Notes under the pieces: model-generated | Seen by the model: only the letters and a program-made list of their open reading frames with translations | What the model was told of the DNA's origin: nothing | Database searches by the model: none | Shown here: positions 12,053 to 23,900 of the stretch, one piece after another | Layout: each line of letters begins with the position of its first letter | Position numbering within the stretch: the stretch's first letter is position 1 | Assembly (NCBI GenBank): GCA_965112155.1 | Contig: OZ218098.1 | DNA length: 64,000 nucleotides | Direction: 5' to 3' (one strand) | Source of the DNA: Podarcis liolepis | Lineage: Eukaryota | Made by a program: the position numbers and the translations under genes

Positions 12053-14228
12053 TATAGACATGTTCTGCATGAATTAGCCTGGCCAGGACTGCAGTTATGT
12101 CTGGGTTTGACCTCCACTCCCTCCTCTCCTCTCCCAATTAGCTTCCATCTCCAGGACTTGGTGAAAGGAGGGAGTAAAGAATAATAATAATCAGGGGCCA
12201 CCCCTGTGACATCAACAGGGGCTGTCCCTAGGTCTTAGATTTGGGCCTGAAATCTCAGGGCCTGGAATGTTTCTGACCTGGCATCCCTAATAACCAACTA
12301 CTAGTAGGTGGATTCCATTATGTGAGTGGACTTCTCCACATACAGTGGGACTTCCTCCTCCCTTCCTCATCTCTGCAGCTCCTCCCCCTGCAAATCTGCT
12401 TTGCTCCAGGGAATCCCCCACTTTTCTTCTGTGTGGAGGGCTGTAGTGGGGAAGAGAAGAAGGTGAAGTTCCATTGCATGGATAGAATTCCATTTTGCTT
12501 GTGCGTGGACAGCATTGATACAACACACTGTACTGTAAACAATGCAGACAAATACTTCCTCTGATGGAAGTTGTGGGGCAACTTGCAGTGCTGGCATGGC
12601 CTAACTTTCCATTCCTTTGTAAATGCTTTTTCCACATGCTTCAGTGAAAAAAGTGGTATTGCAGTCTTGTCTCCCGTTCATTTTGGTGAGGTTCAGGGAG
12701 GTGTTTTTGGGCTCAAATGCAAGTGCATTTTCTTGAAAAGTAGACAGCTGAGCTGTCAATGGATTATGATTTGCCTGCCACTTATTATTTCACTAGGGGC
12801 ATTTTCTTCATAGGTTACAATAAAATCTGTGGGCATTAAACATTTAGTGTGTATCTTTTCTTCTAACCCATAAAGTAAGTGGCTTCTTGCAGTGTGTTTC
12901 CATTGTGCAAAAAGGGACAGCCTTTGTACAGTTCAGAAATAGGTACTGTATATCTAATTTAACATGTGAAGCAGCTCCTACTGATTTCTCTTTTGAAATT
13001 ATTTTATGCAGCCTGCTTCCTTTCAGTTCGTGTTTGCAAAGCCCTCAAAGCTTGTTTGATGAAGAAGTCCTGCATAAATGAATGTATTGTTTCTGTTTAT
13101 TTTATGATGACAATTAGATACTGAATTGACATATCATGGTCCGTAGAACAGAGGGAACACGTACCAAGGGCTTTGAGCAATAGGTTATTGACTTTGCACT
13201 TCAACTGTACCAGCCTGAAGACTGAAAGAAAGAGCAACTTCTTCCAAAGCCCTTTGATTGCACACCAAAACCCAAGCAGATTTGAGAGCAAAGTCGCTAC
13301 TTCTGTGATTGGGAAGAGAGAACTGAGGTTGGGGCTTGGTGGAAGAATGATGTAGGAACTCAGAATGGTATTAAGTCTTACAATTTGAGGATTTGAAATG
13401 GTGAATGCCAGAGTCCCTTCCCCTGCAAGATCAAGTGTGTAGTTTGGGGGTACTTCTGAACCCACTACTGTTGCTTTAAGCCCGGGTGGCTTCAGTGATA
13501 TGAAGCGCCTTCCATTAGCTTTGGTTCTCCGGATAGGGATATCCTACCATCTGTTGTCTATAATCAGGTATCCTGTAGCTTAGATTACTCCAATGTGAAA
13601 CTGCCTGAAGAATGATGAGGGCTCTGCTGACTCCAGTTCTTCATGCACCTTGTGCCTCTCCTCCCACAGTATATGGTAAGTTTGGAAGGAGGTGGTGACA
13701 GTCACAGAGGACTAGACTTCCTGAACTCTCTTGACGGCAGGGTGGAACAGAGGGGAATCATGAGCTTTCTACCAAAACTCTCCAAGAAGGCTTGGAATGA
13801 TGGAGACAGTTCAGGATTAAGCTGGGTGGAACTCAGCCGTCACTAGTAAGAACAGACTCTTTGTACGGTGGGCCTGTTCTGTTTGTTGTTAATAACCCTG
13901 GCTATTTAGAGGCCTGAGGTTTCTGAGAAACCACCTGTCTGTTTGTATGCTAACATGACATTTAAAGATCACTAGACACTGTTTGCTTTTGGAACGTAAG
14001 TAATTATTATATTTTTTTGGTATTGTGGCAGCACTTAGGTGCCAGGGCTCTATTGTCACGGGCTCTGTAGAAACAGACATATTAAAAAGTCCTGTTCCTG
14101 ATTACACAGAAGCTGAATTTAAGAGGGGAAGCAGCTGGTGGGGAGGATGACTGGAGAAAGTTGGAACAAGGAAAGCAATGGTTCCAAAGAGAAGCCACCA
14201 CTACCTAATCACTGATAACTACTTAGTC

Positions 14229-15254
14229 CAGTGTTTCCCAACCGGTGTTCCGCGGCACACTAGTGTGCCGCAAGATGTTGCCTGGTGTGCCGCGAGATGT
14301 TGCCTGGAGGGAGGCGGGCGAGTCCAAAAAAGGTTGGGAAACACTGACTTAAGTTTCTCTTTCAAAAAGGAAACGTGGGTTAAAGCGGCGCCGCCGCCTC
14401 CCACTCACTTTCCTGCTCTGGCTTCCCTAACAGTTTTCCGAGTTGCGTCACTGGATCCAGCCCCCTTTTCCACAGGAGGGAGGGAAAGAGGGCTTTACGT
14501 CGTGCACAAAGGCAGCCGCCTCCTAGAAGCGCTCTGGGCCGGCGCCATTTCGCCGAAGGCGCCGGAGGACCCCCACCCTCAGCTCCTTCAGAAAGGAAGC
14601 CCTGCCCCTCGGCTCCCTACGCCGCCAGGCAGCTCAGCTGACTGACGAGGACGTTCTGCGGCGGCGGCCGCCGCACAACTACCGCAGTTGCTGGCAGCGT
14701 CCGCAGCGCAATAAGTAACAGCGCCTGGTGCTGCCAACTCTTTCTCTCTCTCTCCCGCCCCCCCCCCCCGCCCCCAAGCTCTCGCGCGCCCCGCGTCAAC
14801 ATCGCCGCGCGCAGCTTCCCGAGCTCGAGGCCAGCCGCTGCACGCACGCGCCGGCTCGTCATCGGCTCCGGTTGTTGCCTTTCTCCGCCGAGGTCGGTGG
14901 ACCCCGAGCCTAGGCTTCCTTCCCGCACCCCGCTTTCCGAAGACCGCACACCAGTTGGGCCAGTACATATTCCCCTCCCGTGACTGGAGCGGAATAGCCC
15001 TTTCTCTTCTTCCCCAACCCTTGTCGTTGGAGGAGTCCCTCAGTCCCTCGCTTTGCTGCCTCCTCCCCCCCCCACCCCCAAAGCTTGGAGGTTCCCCGGC
15101 AAGGGGGAGGGGAAAAAATTGAAAGTTACACTTTCGTGCGTCCCTCCCGGCGTGACGCTGCGCGCTGACGTCACGGGGCTGTAATGGTGGTGTGCCTCGA
15201 GATTTTTTTCATCAAACAAGTGTGCCTTTGCCCAAAAAAGGTTGGGAAACACTG
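14229..15254. mobile_element. Non-autonomous hAT (Charlie/Buster-type) element with GC-rich cargo and an internal extra right end
   Basis: Perfect 15-bp TIRs CAGTGTTTCCCAACC / GGTTGGGAAACACTG and perfect 8-bp TSD ACTTAGTC (14221-14228, 15255-15262). A second GGTTGGGAAACACTG lies at 14331-14345. Confidence 0.92.
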
Positions 15255-17294
15255 ACTTAGTCCATAGCTGAGAAGCGTATGTAGCATGACCAAAGAAGAA
15301 TAGAGTGAACCTGTACCATTGCTGGTTGTAGTTTGAGCACTAGAATTGCATGAGTTGTTTTAGGCACTGCATCACACTTCTGACTTATGTTGAAATCAGT
15401 TTAACCCCCTGAATTCCCCCTCCCCATTTACTGCTATCAGGCCCGGAGGTCACTCATCCTGTATGTGTGCACTTGCTTTTGTCCTACCTAAATACAGAAC
15501 TTCGCATTTATATCTGTTGAAAGCGAGTTTGTTAGTTTTGGCCTGATTCTCTGTCCTGCCAAATGCTATTGAACCCAACCCAATTCAGAGTGATCTGATG
15601 AGCACCCACTCTTTCATTCAAGCCATTTATAAAGCTATTAAACAATCCCAGGACAGAACTCTGTCGCCTGCCCACTTGTCATGACTCTCCAGATTGAAGA
15701 GGAGCTATTGATGCACATTCTCCATGTATGGTGCATTAGCCACCTACAAAATCCACCTAACTGTAACATTGCATACATTCCAGCGTATATTGTCAACACT
15801 CTAAATTTGCACACATGCATGTGTACCAGTCTCTTGCATTTCACAAATCCCCCTCTTTTTCCTCAGTTTGGGTGCTGTGCATGTGCCCTTGTTGTTTCAG
15901 CCCTCTGCCTGCACATCTATTTGTGATGTGCACATTTTTGTAGCTGCCATCACTCTTCTCCTTGCCACAAATGCCTCTCAGTGAAGATGTACATCTGTAA
16001 TATTACATATAATCTTTTACTTTGATGCAGGTTGGTTATCTGTCCCTGTGCTGTCAGTAAGAAGCTGCAGGGGATTACAGAAAATGAGGCTTGCAGATGG
16101 AGTAAAGAAAAAGAGAACGAAGATTATAGGAGGAAAACTAAAAATATGTTTCAGTTTTATATTAGCATAACCATTATGGCTATTTAGCCTAAAGGAATTC
16201 TGAGATTCCAATCTGCCAAAAAAGATGATACTATTACAATATGGAGCAAAGTTCTCTTGCTCTTGAAAGCACCTTGCTTTCCCCCCAATTTAGAGTGATG
16301 GTCTGAGACTTTCCCTCCTCTCCTCTCTCTGTGTACTTGTAAATAGATTTCTTGACCCCATTGTAGAGCTATGCTCTTCCCAGTATTCTAGGCATAATGA
16401 CCAGGCCTTCCAAAATTTGTGGTTGCCACTAAATTGAGGAAAGGGCAGGGTTTCATTCCTGACATCATGCTGAGCTCTTTCTACTATTCTCATAGTTCCT
16501 CTGAAGCCCACTGCATCTCAGGCTTGGAGAAGGATGGAGGATGCTATCTGAAATAATGCTCAGCTTCAGACGCATGGAGAAAGCATGTCCATCTCAACAG
16601 CTTAAAAGCTGAGTTCACTGTTGGTTATCAGGCTTCTCTGTTAAACCAGTGCAATTCTGAGAATCAAATATGACCACATAGTTCCTGCGCAGAAGGCTTT
16701 TAAAAAAGATACTAGAAAAGGCAGGGCAGAAGAGTTCAGTAATTCACAAGGTGTACGGATGGAGTCAAAGAAAGGCAGTGATGGCAGTAATGGAGGAGCA
16801 GGTAAGGTGAGGATGGTTCAGGATCGGCCTACCTAAGAAGTGGGTTTTGAGGAGGAACTTAAAGGGAGGATAGCCTAGTGGCTTGATTACTAGAGTTTAG
16901 GGAGGTTTTTGAAGTATAAAGAATTAATTGGATAGCATGAAAATAGGCACGGAAGACGCAGGTAAATAAATGCTTATGGTGTCTTTCATTCTCATTTCTT
17001 CCTAGGTGTGGCTGAATTTAGAAATTTATTACTTTTCCTTGTAATAAGTAGGTTTTTTTCCCCTTTAAGTCATTTGACTGTATAATATGAAACTTGCCTG
17101 CTGCCCTCCAGGTGTATCTGGAATTGATCTGACTTGCTGCCTTTTGTTCTACCCATAAGATTACAGTTGTAATCCTTTGAATTTTTTTATTTTTATTTGC
17201 GTTTAATTGCACTAAAGCATCCAAAGTAGTTCAGTGAAGCTGAATGGCGAGATTCAAGAGAGAAACAGGGGATTTTATTTTATTTTTTAAACAT

Positions 17295-17608
17295 AGGTAA
17301 AGGTAAAGGAACCTCTGACCGTTAGGTCCAGTTGCAGACAACTCTGGGGTTGTGGTGCTCATCTCGCTTTATTGGCTGAGGGAGCCGGCATACAGCTTCC
17401 TGGTCATGTGACCAGCATGACTAAGCTGCTTCTGGCGAACTAGAGCAGCGCACAGAAACGCCGTTTACCTTCCCGCCGGAGCGGTACCTATTTATCTACT
17501 TGCACCTTGACATGCTTTCGAACTGCTAGGTTGGCAGGAGCTGGGACCGAACAACGGGAGCTCACCCTGTCACGGGGATTCGAACCGTCGACCTTCTGAT
17601 CGGCAAGT
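17295..17608 (-). mobile_element. Sauria-type SINE, 5'-truncated
   Basis: Reverse complement of the 11698-12052 element, beginning with AGGTAAAGGTAAAGG (tail); box A region missing. Confidence 0.88.
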
Positions 17609-18293
17609 GGGGGAATTCGCTACTCCGAGATGGAGTGATGGCTACAGCTAGGAAGGCCTTCAAAGGGTATTAGACAAATTCATGGAGGGATAAGGCTTTT
17701 GGGGCAAATAGTTGTTATGGCCTATCTCCAGCGTTCCTCTGAATACCATTTACTAGGGAGCAACTGTGAAAAAGAGTTGCTTTCCTCATGTTCCGCTTGT
17801 GGGCTTTCCAGAAGCATCTGGTTTGCTTCTGTGGGAAAGAGGGTGCTAGACTAGATAGGCTGTGTTGGTAGATGGTGTTGAGGTAAACTTTCAAGCAGGG
17901 ATAAATTTATGACCAGCAGTAGATTAGATAGGCGAAACCTAGGATGAAAAAAGGGTGGAGGGACAACAGAGATGTAGCTAATAAAGAAAAGATCTATGAA
18001 GTCAGGGAAGGGTAGGTTGGGAAGTACTGTAAGACTGTTGACAAGTTGGAAAATGCAAGCAAAATATGTATCGGAAAATGTATAAATAACAAATAATTTT
18101 TTTAAAGACAGACTTTTGGTTTGGTCCAGGTAGGCTTTTCTTGTGTTTGAATGAAGAACTGTCCCAATCAATGGCGCAGGAGATCTGGATTTAAAAGTTG
18201 ATGGGCTGTTTGGGTCCTCTTCACTCTCAAGGCTGGCTTCCCTGCAACCCTTCTCTCTCCAGATGCTTTCCTCTTAACCAACATTGCCTATGG

Positions 18294-18430
18294 CAGGCAT
18301 GGCCAAACTTGCCTGTCCAGCTGTTTTGAAACTGCAACTCCCATCATTCCTAGCTAACAGGACCAGTGGTCAGGGATGATGGGAATTGTAGTCCCCAAAC
18401 AGCTGGAGGGCCAAGTTTGGCCATGCTTTG
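18294..18430. mobile_element. Palindromic hAT-type MITE
   Basis: CAGGCATGGCCAAACTT...AAGTTTGGCCATGC ends and a long internal inverted repeat (ACTCCCATCAT / ATGATGGGAATT). Confidence 0.7.
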
Positions 18431-20584
18431 CCTACTATGGTGTCAGTAACTGGAGAGAATTATGCACTCTTTGCCTGTGTAGGAGAATGAATAGAATAAT
18501 AGTTTAGCACTAATTGATTGATCTACTCTGCTGTTAATTATTTTATTGATGTTTTTAAATGCTCTTGTTTTTATGACGAATTTACTTGTAGACCACCAAG
18601 GGATGTATTTTATGAAGTGTGATACAGAATATATATATATATAATATTTGACAATAAGCTGGTCATTACAAAAGCTGTTGAAGTCTTTGGAACTTTCACG
18701 TGCAGAAGGAATCAGACATCGTAAATGACTGTAAGCTTAGGGACATGGTACTATGAAACAATTGACACATGTATCGACACATCCCAAGCCTTAGGAGTAG
18801 GATAAACTATGAATTCTCATAAGAAAAAGCAATTTGCTTCTTGTAGCTGACATCCTTAGAATGGACACAACTTAATGCCATGGAAATTAATTCCTATAAA
18901 TATACAGAGTGCTTGATTCAATGTTATTTTTTCTGCACCCCCTACATATCAGAGAATGCCAGAATATTATTTTTACCAGCTGGATGGATACTACTAAACT
19001 ACACAACATATAGGAAGAAAGGCAAACCACATTTCTATGAAAGAACCCCACCTCCTTCAATTAACTAAAGAGAAGTATATAATTTACACTGACTCATTCT
19101 ATGCTTTTAGGCAAGCCACATAACAAAATGAAGCACATAATAATAGTGTTTATTAGTTACTTCAGAAGGATGTTGTCAGGTTTAATTAATTAAGGAGCTT
19201 TGTGATGTTTGGACAAAAAGTGCCTTACTGTGGATACGAAGGCTAAAGATGGATATGAGCCAAGGTACAGAGTCCAGACACACTCAGATTTTTCAACAGT
19301 TTGTGCTTCAGGTTCAGATTTGTGGCAGATTTATTTCTGCCAGACTGATTGTAACATGACCATCAAAGCCAATTGGGGAGTTTATTTATTTATTATTAAA
19401 TTTCAATATTGCCCTTCATCTGAAGATCACAGGGCAGTTCAGATCTGCTTCTCTCCATATCTACAGTATAAACCCCTATTTCATGTAGCAGCTCTATTGG
19501 AAGTCCTAATTGTTTCATTCATCTTCGTAGGAGCCCTAAGGAGAGGAACCACTTTTATTTTTGCAGAGGGAGAACAAATTTTTTTTTTACTGAGGGAGTT
19601 TTACATTTACTTGTACAAAGCTGTACAGTCATGATATGCCTGAGCTGGGATTTCATCTCAGTTGGAGAATGCCTTAGTCACTAGCTTATGGTGCCTCTCT
19701 TAACATGCTAAATATTATATAGGTCATTGACCAGATTCATTTGCCCCAGTAAAGCTTCCAGTTCCCCTGTGGTGTGTTCATCAAGTATGGCATGTGGCAA
19801 ATTGGATGCTCTTTCATAGGACTTTGGAATGTTTCTCCAGGAAAGATCTGGCTGGTTGTCTCAAACAAATGCACAGAATTTAGTTGACGGCTGCTTCCAT
19901 GACCCACAGTCCCTGTGCATTCTCAGTTCTCTTAACAATGACTGCCTTCTCAACTCCTATCCCTGCAATGGCTTCCTGGAGCTCCTATCCTTAGTGGGGA
20001 TTTTACCCTGCCCCACTTTCCTCATCCCCATCCTTTCCTTAACACAGGGGTGTGGAACCTGTTGTTGTTGTTGTTTACAGCCCAGGGACTGTATTCTCTC
20101 CAAGGCCTACATGCCAGTGGTGGGTGGGGCCAGAGACAAAAGTGGGTGGAGCAACAGATTTGAATTTTACCTTTGTATAGTAGGCTAGTTTCCACATTCC
20201 CTTCTTTCCCCCTCCATGCAGGCAAGCAAGAGGCATTGTCAGAGTTCAATGATACTTTACAGCTAGGCAGAAACACTCAGGGAAGGGTGTAATGCAGGGC
20301 TGGTGAGGCGCATGGCTCAGGGCAAGTCCCACCCCGACTTAATAATTACCACTTAACTCACTGCTTGTTCCGCCCCTTGTCTTCTTTGTGCATAAATCCT
20401 TTATGTGAAGTCCAGTGCTGACCTTGCCAGCTTCTCTTTCATCTGAGCTTTCTATTAGCTTCCATACCTTTCTGGACCTTTCTCTACTTTGTTTCTTGGA
20501 TCTGTCCCCCTTTGCCTCCCCAGTAGCAGCAGCACTAGTAGCAGTATTCACCATTTTGTATAACACTCTTGAGAGTTCAAAGTG

Positions 20585-20720
20585 CTTCTCATGCATTATC
20601 TTGTTCTAATCCTTATAACATGCCTGTAAGGTAGGTAAATATTAATACACTCTTATTGCAGATAGGAGACTGAGGCTGAGAGAATAGTGGCTTGTCTGAG
20701 ACATACCTGAAGGCAACATT
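20585..20720 (-). mobile_element. Ancient MIR/CORE-SINE-like remnant; a similar remnant lies at about 54830-54890 on +
   Basis: AATCCTTATAAC...CCTGTAAGGTAGG...GCAGATAGGAGACTGAGGCTGAGAG resembles the CORE domain. Confidence 0.45.
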
Positions 20721-20724
20721 TGTA

Positions 20725-20955
20725 CAGTGGTACCTTGGGTTACATACGCTTCAGGCTGCATACGCTTCAGGTTACAGACTCCACTAACCCAGAAATAGTA
20801 CATCAAGTTAAGAACTTTGATTCAGGATGAGAACAGAAATTGTGCGGTGGCAGCGGGGGGCCCCATTAGCTAAAGTGGTACCTCAGGTTAAGAACAGTTT
20901 CACGTTAAGAACGGACCTCCAGAACGAATTAAGTTCTTAACCCGAGGTACCACTG
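20725..20955. mobile_element. Family A MITE copy 3
   Basis: TIRs CAGTGGTACCT / AGGTACCACTG with TA TSD; same internal sequence as the other copies. Confidence 0.9.
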
Positions 20956-23900
20956 TAATGCTTAATGCACTGACAAGCCCTCAGTGTCTTAGCTACGATC
21001 AGTAAACTTTTCCCTTCTTGTCCCAAGGCCCTCTCGAGAGTTTTATAGGCTGACCTTAAATTTCTCTCATGTAAGCTGCCCTTTCCCTCTCTGCAGCCAA
21101 AACACTCATAATAAAAATTCCATGACATAACACTACTCACCCAGCAGTTTTTATCCTATTACAATGGAAGGGCAGCATTTTATTTTTTATTTCATATATG
21201 ATGGTGGTTAGCTTATAAATTCTGTGTGTACTTTTGCTTGCATTACATTGTCTTAGATAGAAAGATTCCTCAGCTCAGCTTGAAGCTATGACTTCAGTCT
21301 GAATGTAGACTCTTGCATACCTTCTAAAAAAAACAAACCTAACTCCCACTCAGAAATTGAAGCAAAGGCAAAATTAAACCCTTTACAGGCATATAGTGCA
21401 CAATGAGAAAGTGCCTCTTGCAGCTAAGTAGAAATGAAAGTTTGTGTCTAGTAAAATAACCAGCTTTTTGAATAATATGTTAATTCCATGCATAGTTTTA
21501 TGGGCTAGCTCTTTCTATGGCATTTGGCAACAGTCCTGGGAAAGGCGCAGTCTAAGCAAGCCCCAGGAGGATCTGTATGAAGATTTGAGCTTATTGAGTT
21601 CAGCGGTTCTTTCCTAACCCATTCCATCGCAGATCTTTAAACATGAGCCAGTTCTACAACAAAGAAGTGCAAAACAACAATCCTCCTGGCGTGATCTATT
21701 TCTCAGAACACATTGACTAAGGCAGCAATCGTGTACACTACAGGTGGGCAATCTGCAGCCCTGGGTCTAATTGTCAAAAGCAGCCTGCAGGCAGGCAGGC
21801 CAGATTTCCTGCAACAGCAACCTGTCCATTCCCTTGTAGGCTGCTGGGTAGCAAGGAAAAATGGATAACAGAGAGACCCAAAAGGGGATGACCTCACTCA
21901 TTTTGAGCTCTGGCCTTGGCCCCTACAAGGCCATCATGTGGATTACTACCCTCAAGGGAATGCAGCCCTCAACAGTAAAAATTCGCCCGTCCCTGCTGTA
22001 CATTTCTTACCTGGGAGTAATTCTCTCGGCACACAGTAAGCACTGCATTGTATTGAGAGTCCTTGCTTGCTCCGGTTTCAGCTTACTAGCTGCGCTCGGA
22101 CTTAACACCAAACCATTTGGTTGCTACCAGAGGATGCCATGATGACTCTCAGGCTTGCATACGCCTCTTCCCTTCTCCCTTATGTATGAGATAAGGAAAT
22201 ATGAACATTTGGTTGATGGTTTGTGACAAACTGCCTGTTTCATCTGAATGTTGGAAAGTGGTTTGTACAAACCATAGTCACCCAAATAGGATACTGGTTA
22301 ACTAAATATGGTTCATACAAAGAGAACCATATTTGGACAAAGTGGTAAATTGCACTGTGCTATTACAAATGGAAGCTTCTGTTTTCTTCCCCTTGCATAC
22401 AAAGGAGGAAACAGCACGAACCATTTGCCACTGCTTATTCTCCAAACAACAAACCATGTCTTGTATGTTTGAAGTAAAACAAAAAAAGTATGTGATTCCT
22501 AATAAGGTGACTATGTAACTTGAGTAATTAGAAATACCTGCATTCAAAAATTACGCAATTGTCTGTGTTTCAGGAAAAAACATGGCAGTTCTTCTTGTGG
22601 ATGCTCATACTCCAGTGAAACTTGTCCCCAAAAATAAAGTAGGGGGAAGATAACTTTTGCTTTTCTGGGAACCAACTGGCAACAGTTTTTATACAGTACC
22701 AAACCTGAAGTGGAGCATCTTAGATGAGGTGATAAAAGCGGTGGATCTGCAACTTTGGCTGATGATCGAACTTGGCCTAAACCCTTGCTCTTGCATTTGT
22801 GTACTTGTGGTGATTGCTTGGAAAGGACAGCATTTGTGTGAGGAAACAGGTTCTCAGCATGCAAATTAGCTGTTTTGCTTGCAGAAGTCCTTGGTTTCCC
22901 CCCTCCCCCTCCTGGATGTTGCCTGGGGTGAATAGCTTTGCTTCATTTTGTATTCACAGTGAGCCATTGCTTCCTGATCTAGCACAACCTTGACTGTCTT
23001 TCCAAGTCGCACACTAATGTTGGAAGGCAATACTTTTTGCTGTTACAATGGTCCGATTCTGTTCAGGAGAGAGCTTGTCCTATTTGGGGAAGCCAGGAAA
23101 CCACCCATCTTTCTGCTTTATACAAATCAGCTGCTACGGGTGAATTATGCTGCATCTGTAATTAATAGGGCCAATATTGTTACTTGTCTGGAGAAATCCC
23201 AGACTGGCTTCTCTACACTAGCTTAGCAGAAGGTCAGAACTAGTATACAGTTGACGTGGAGTTCCCTGGCTACATCTGACCATTTTCTCATAGCACAAAA
23301 GGTGTTGTGTACCCACATTAGTCTATTTTCCACCTGGTTCCTGAGCAGAGGAGTTGTTGTTTTGTTTTTGTTTTTGTTTTTGTTACTGTATAATTACTTG
23401 GAGAACTGGTTGCTGATTGAAGAAACTTTCTTTTGCATGGACTGAATGGAAGCAAAGAGAAGGTTCCTTGCAATATGACCCAAATGTCACTGCACTATAA
23501 AATCTAATTTGCCTACCCTGCTTGGATATGTAAACTGCAGTCAGCATTTGCAAAGCACTTGTTACAACTGACCACTGAAAGTATTGGCTTGTTTTATCCT
23601 TTTAAAAAGTCTTCAATCTGTGTTGAGGTTCATTATTTATCCTTTGCTTCCCTGAAGTCCTGGAGCATCTCAGTGACTTTGGTGTTATTTGCAGGCTTAG
23701 ATATTGTAGGAGGACAAAGGATTATCAGATGCAAGAGTTGGCACGAGTAAAGGCAATTGCTTCCAAACTCAAATAAGTCTTGGATTTTTAAATTTAGCAC
23801 CAGATCTATCATTAACATAATGTTTACATAGGTTACGAAAAAAAGCACCATAATTGATTTGAAAACTGCAGGTGAACACATATAGCATGTTCCACATTGC

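Noticed and set aside
14178-14968. GC-rich ORFs (155, 126 and 110 aa) as ITPKA exon 1 or a new gene
   Set aside because: They lie in or overlap a TIR/TSD-bounded element, resemble neither the ITPKA N-terminus nor a transposase, and long ORFs are expected in GC-rich DNA.
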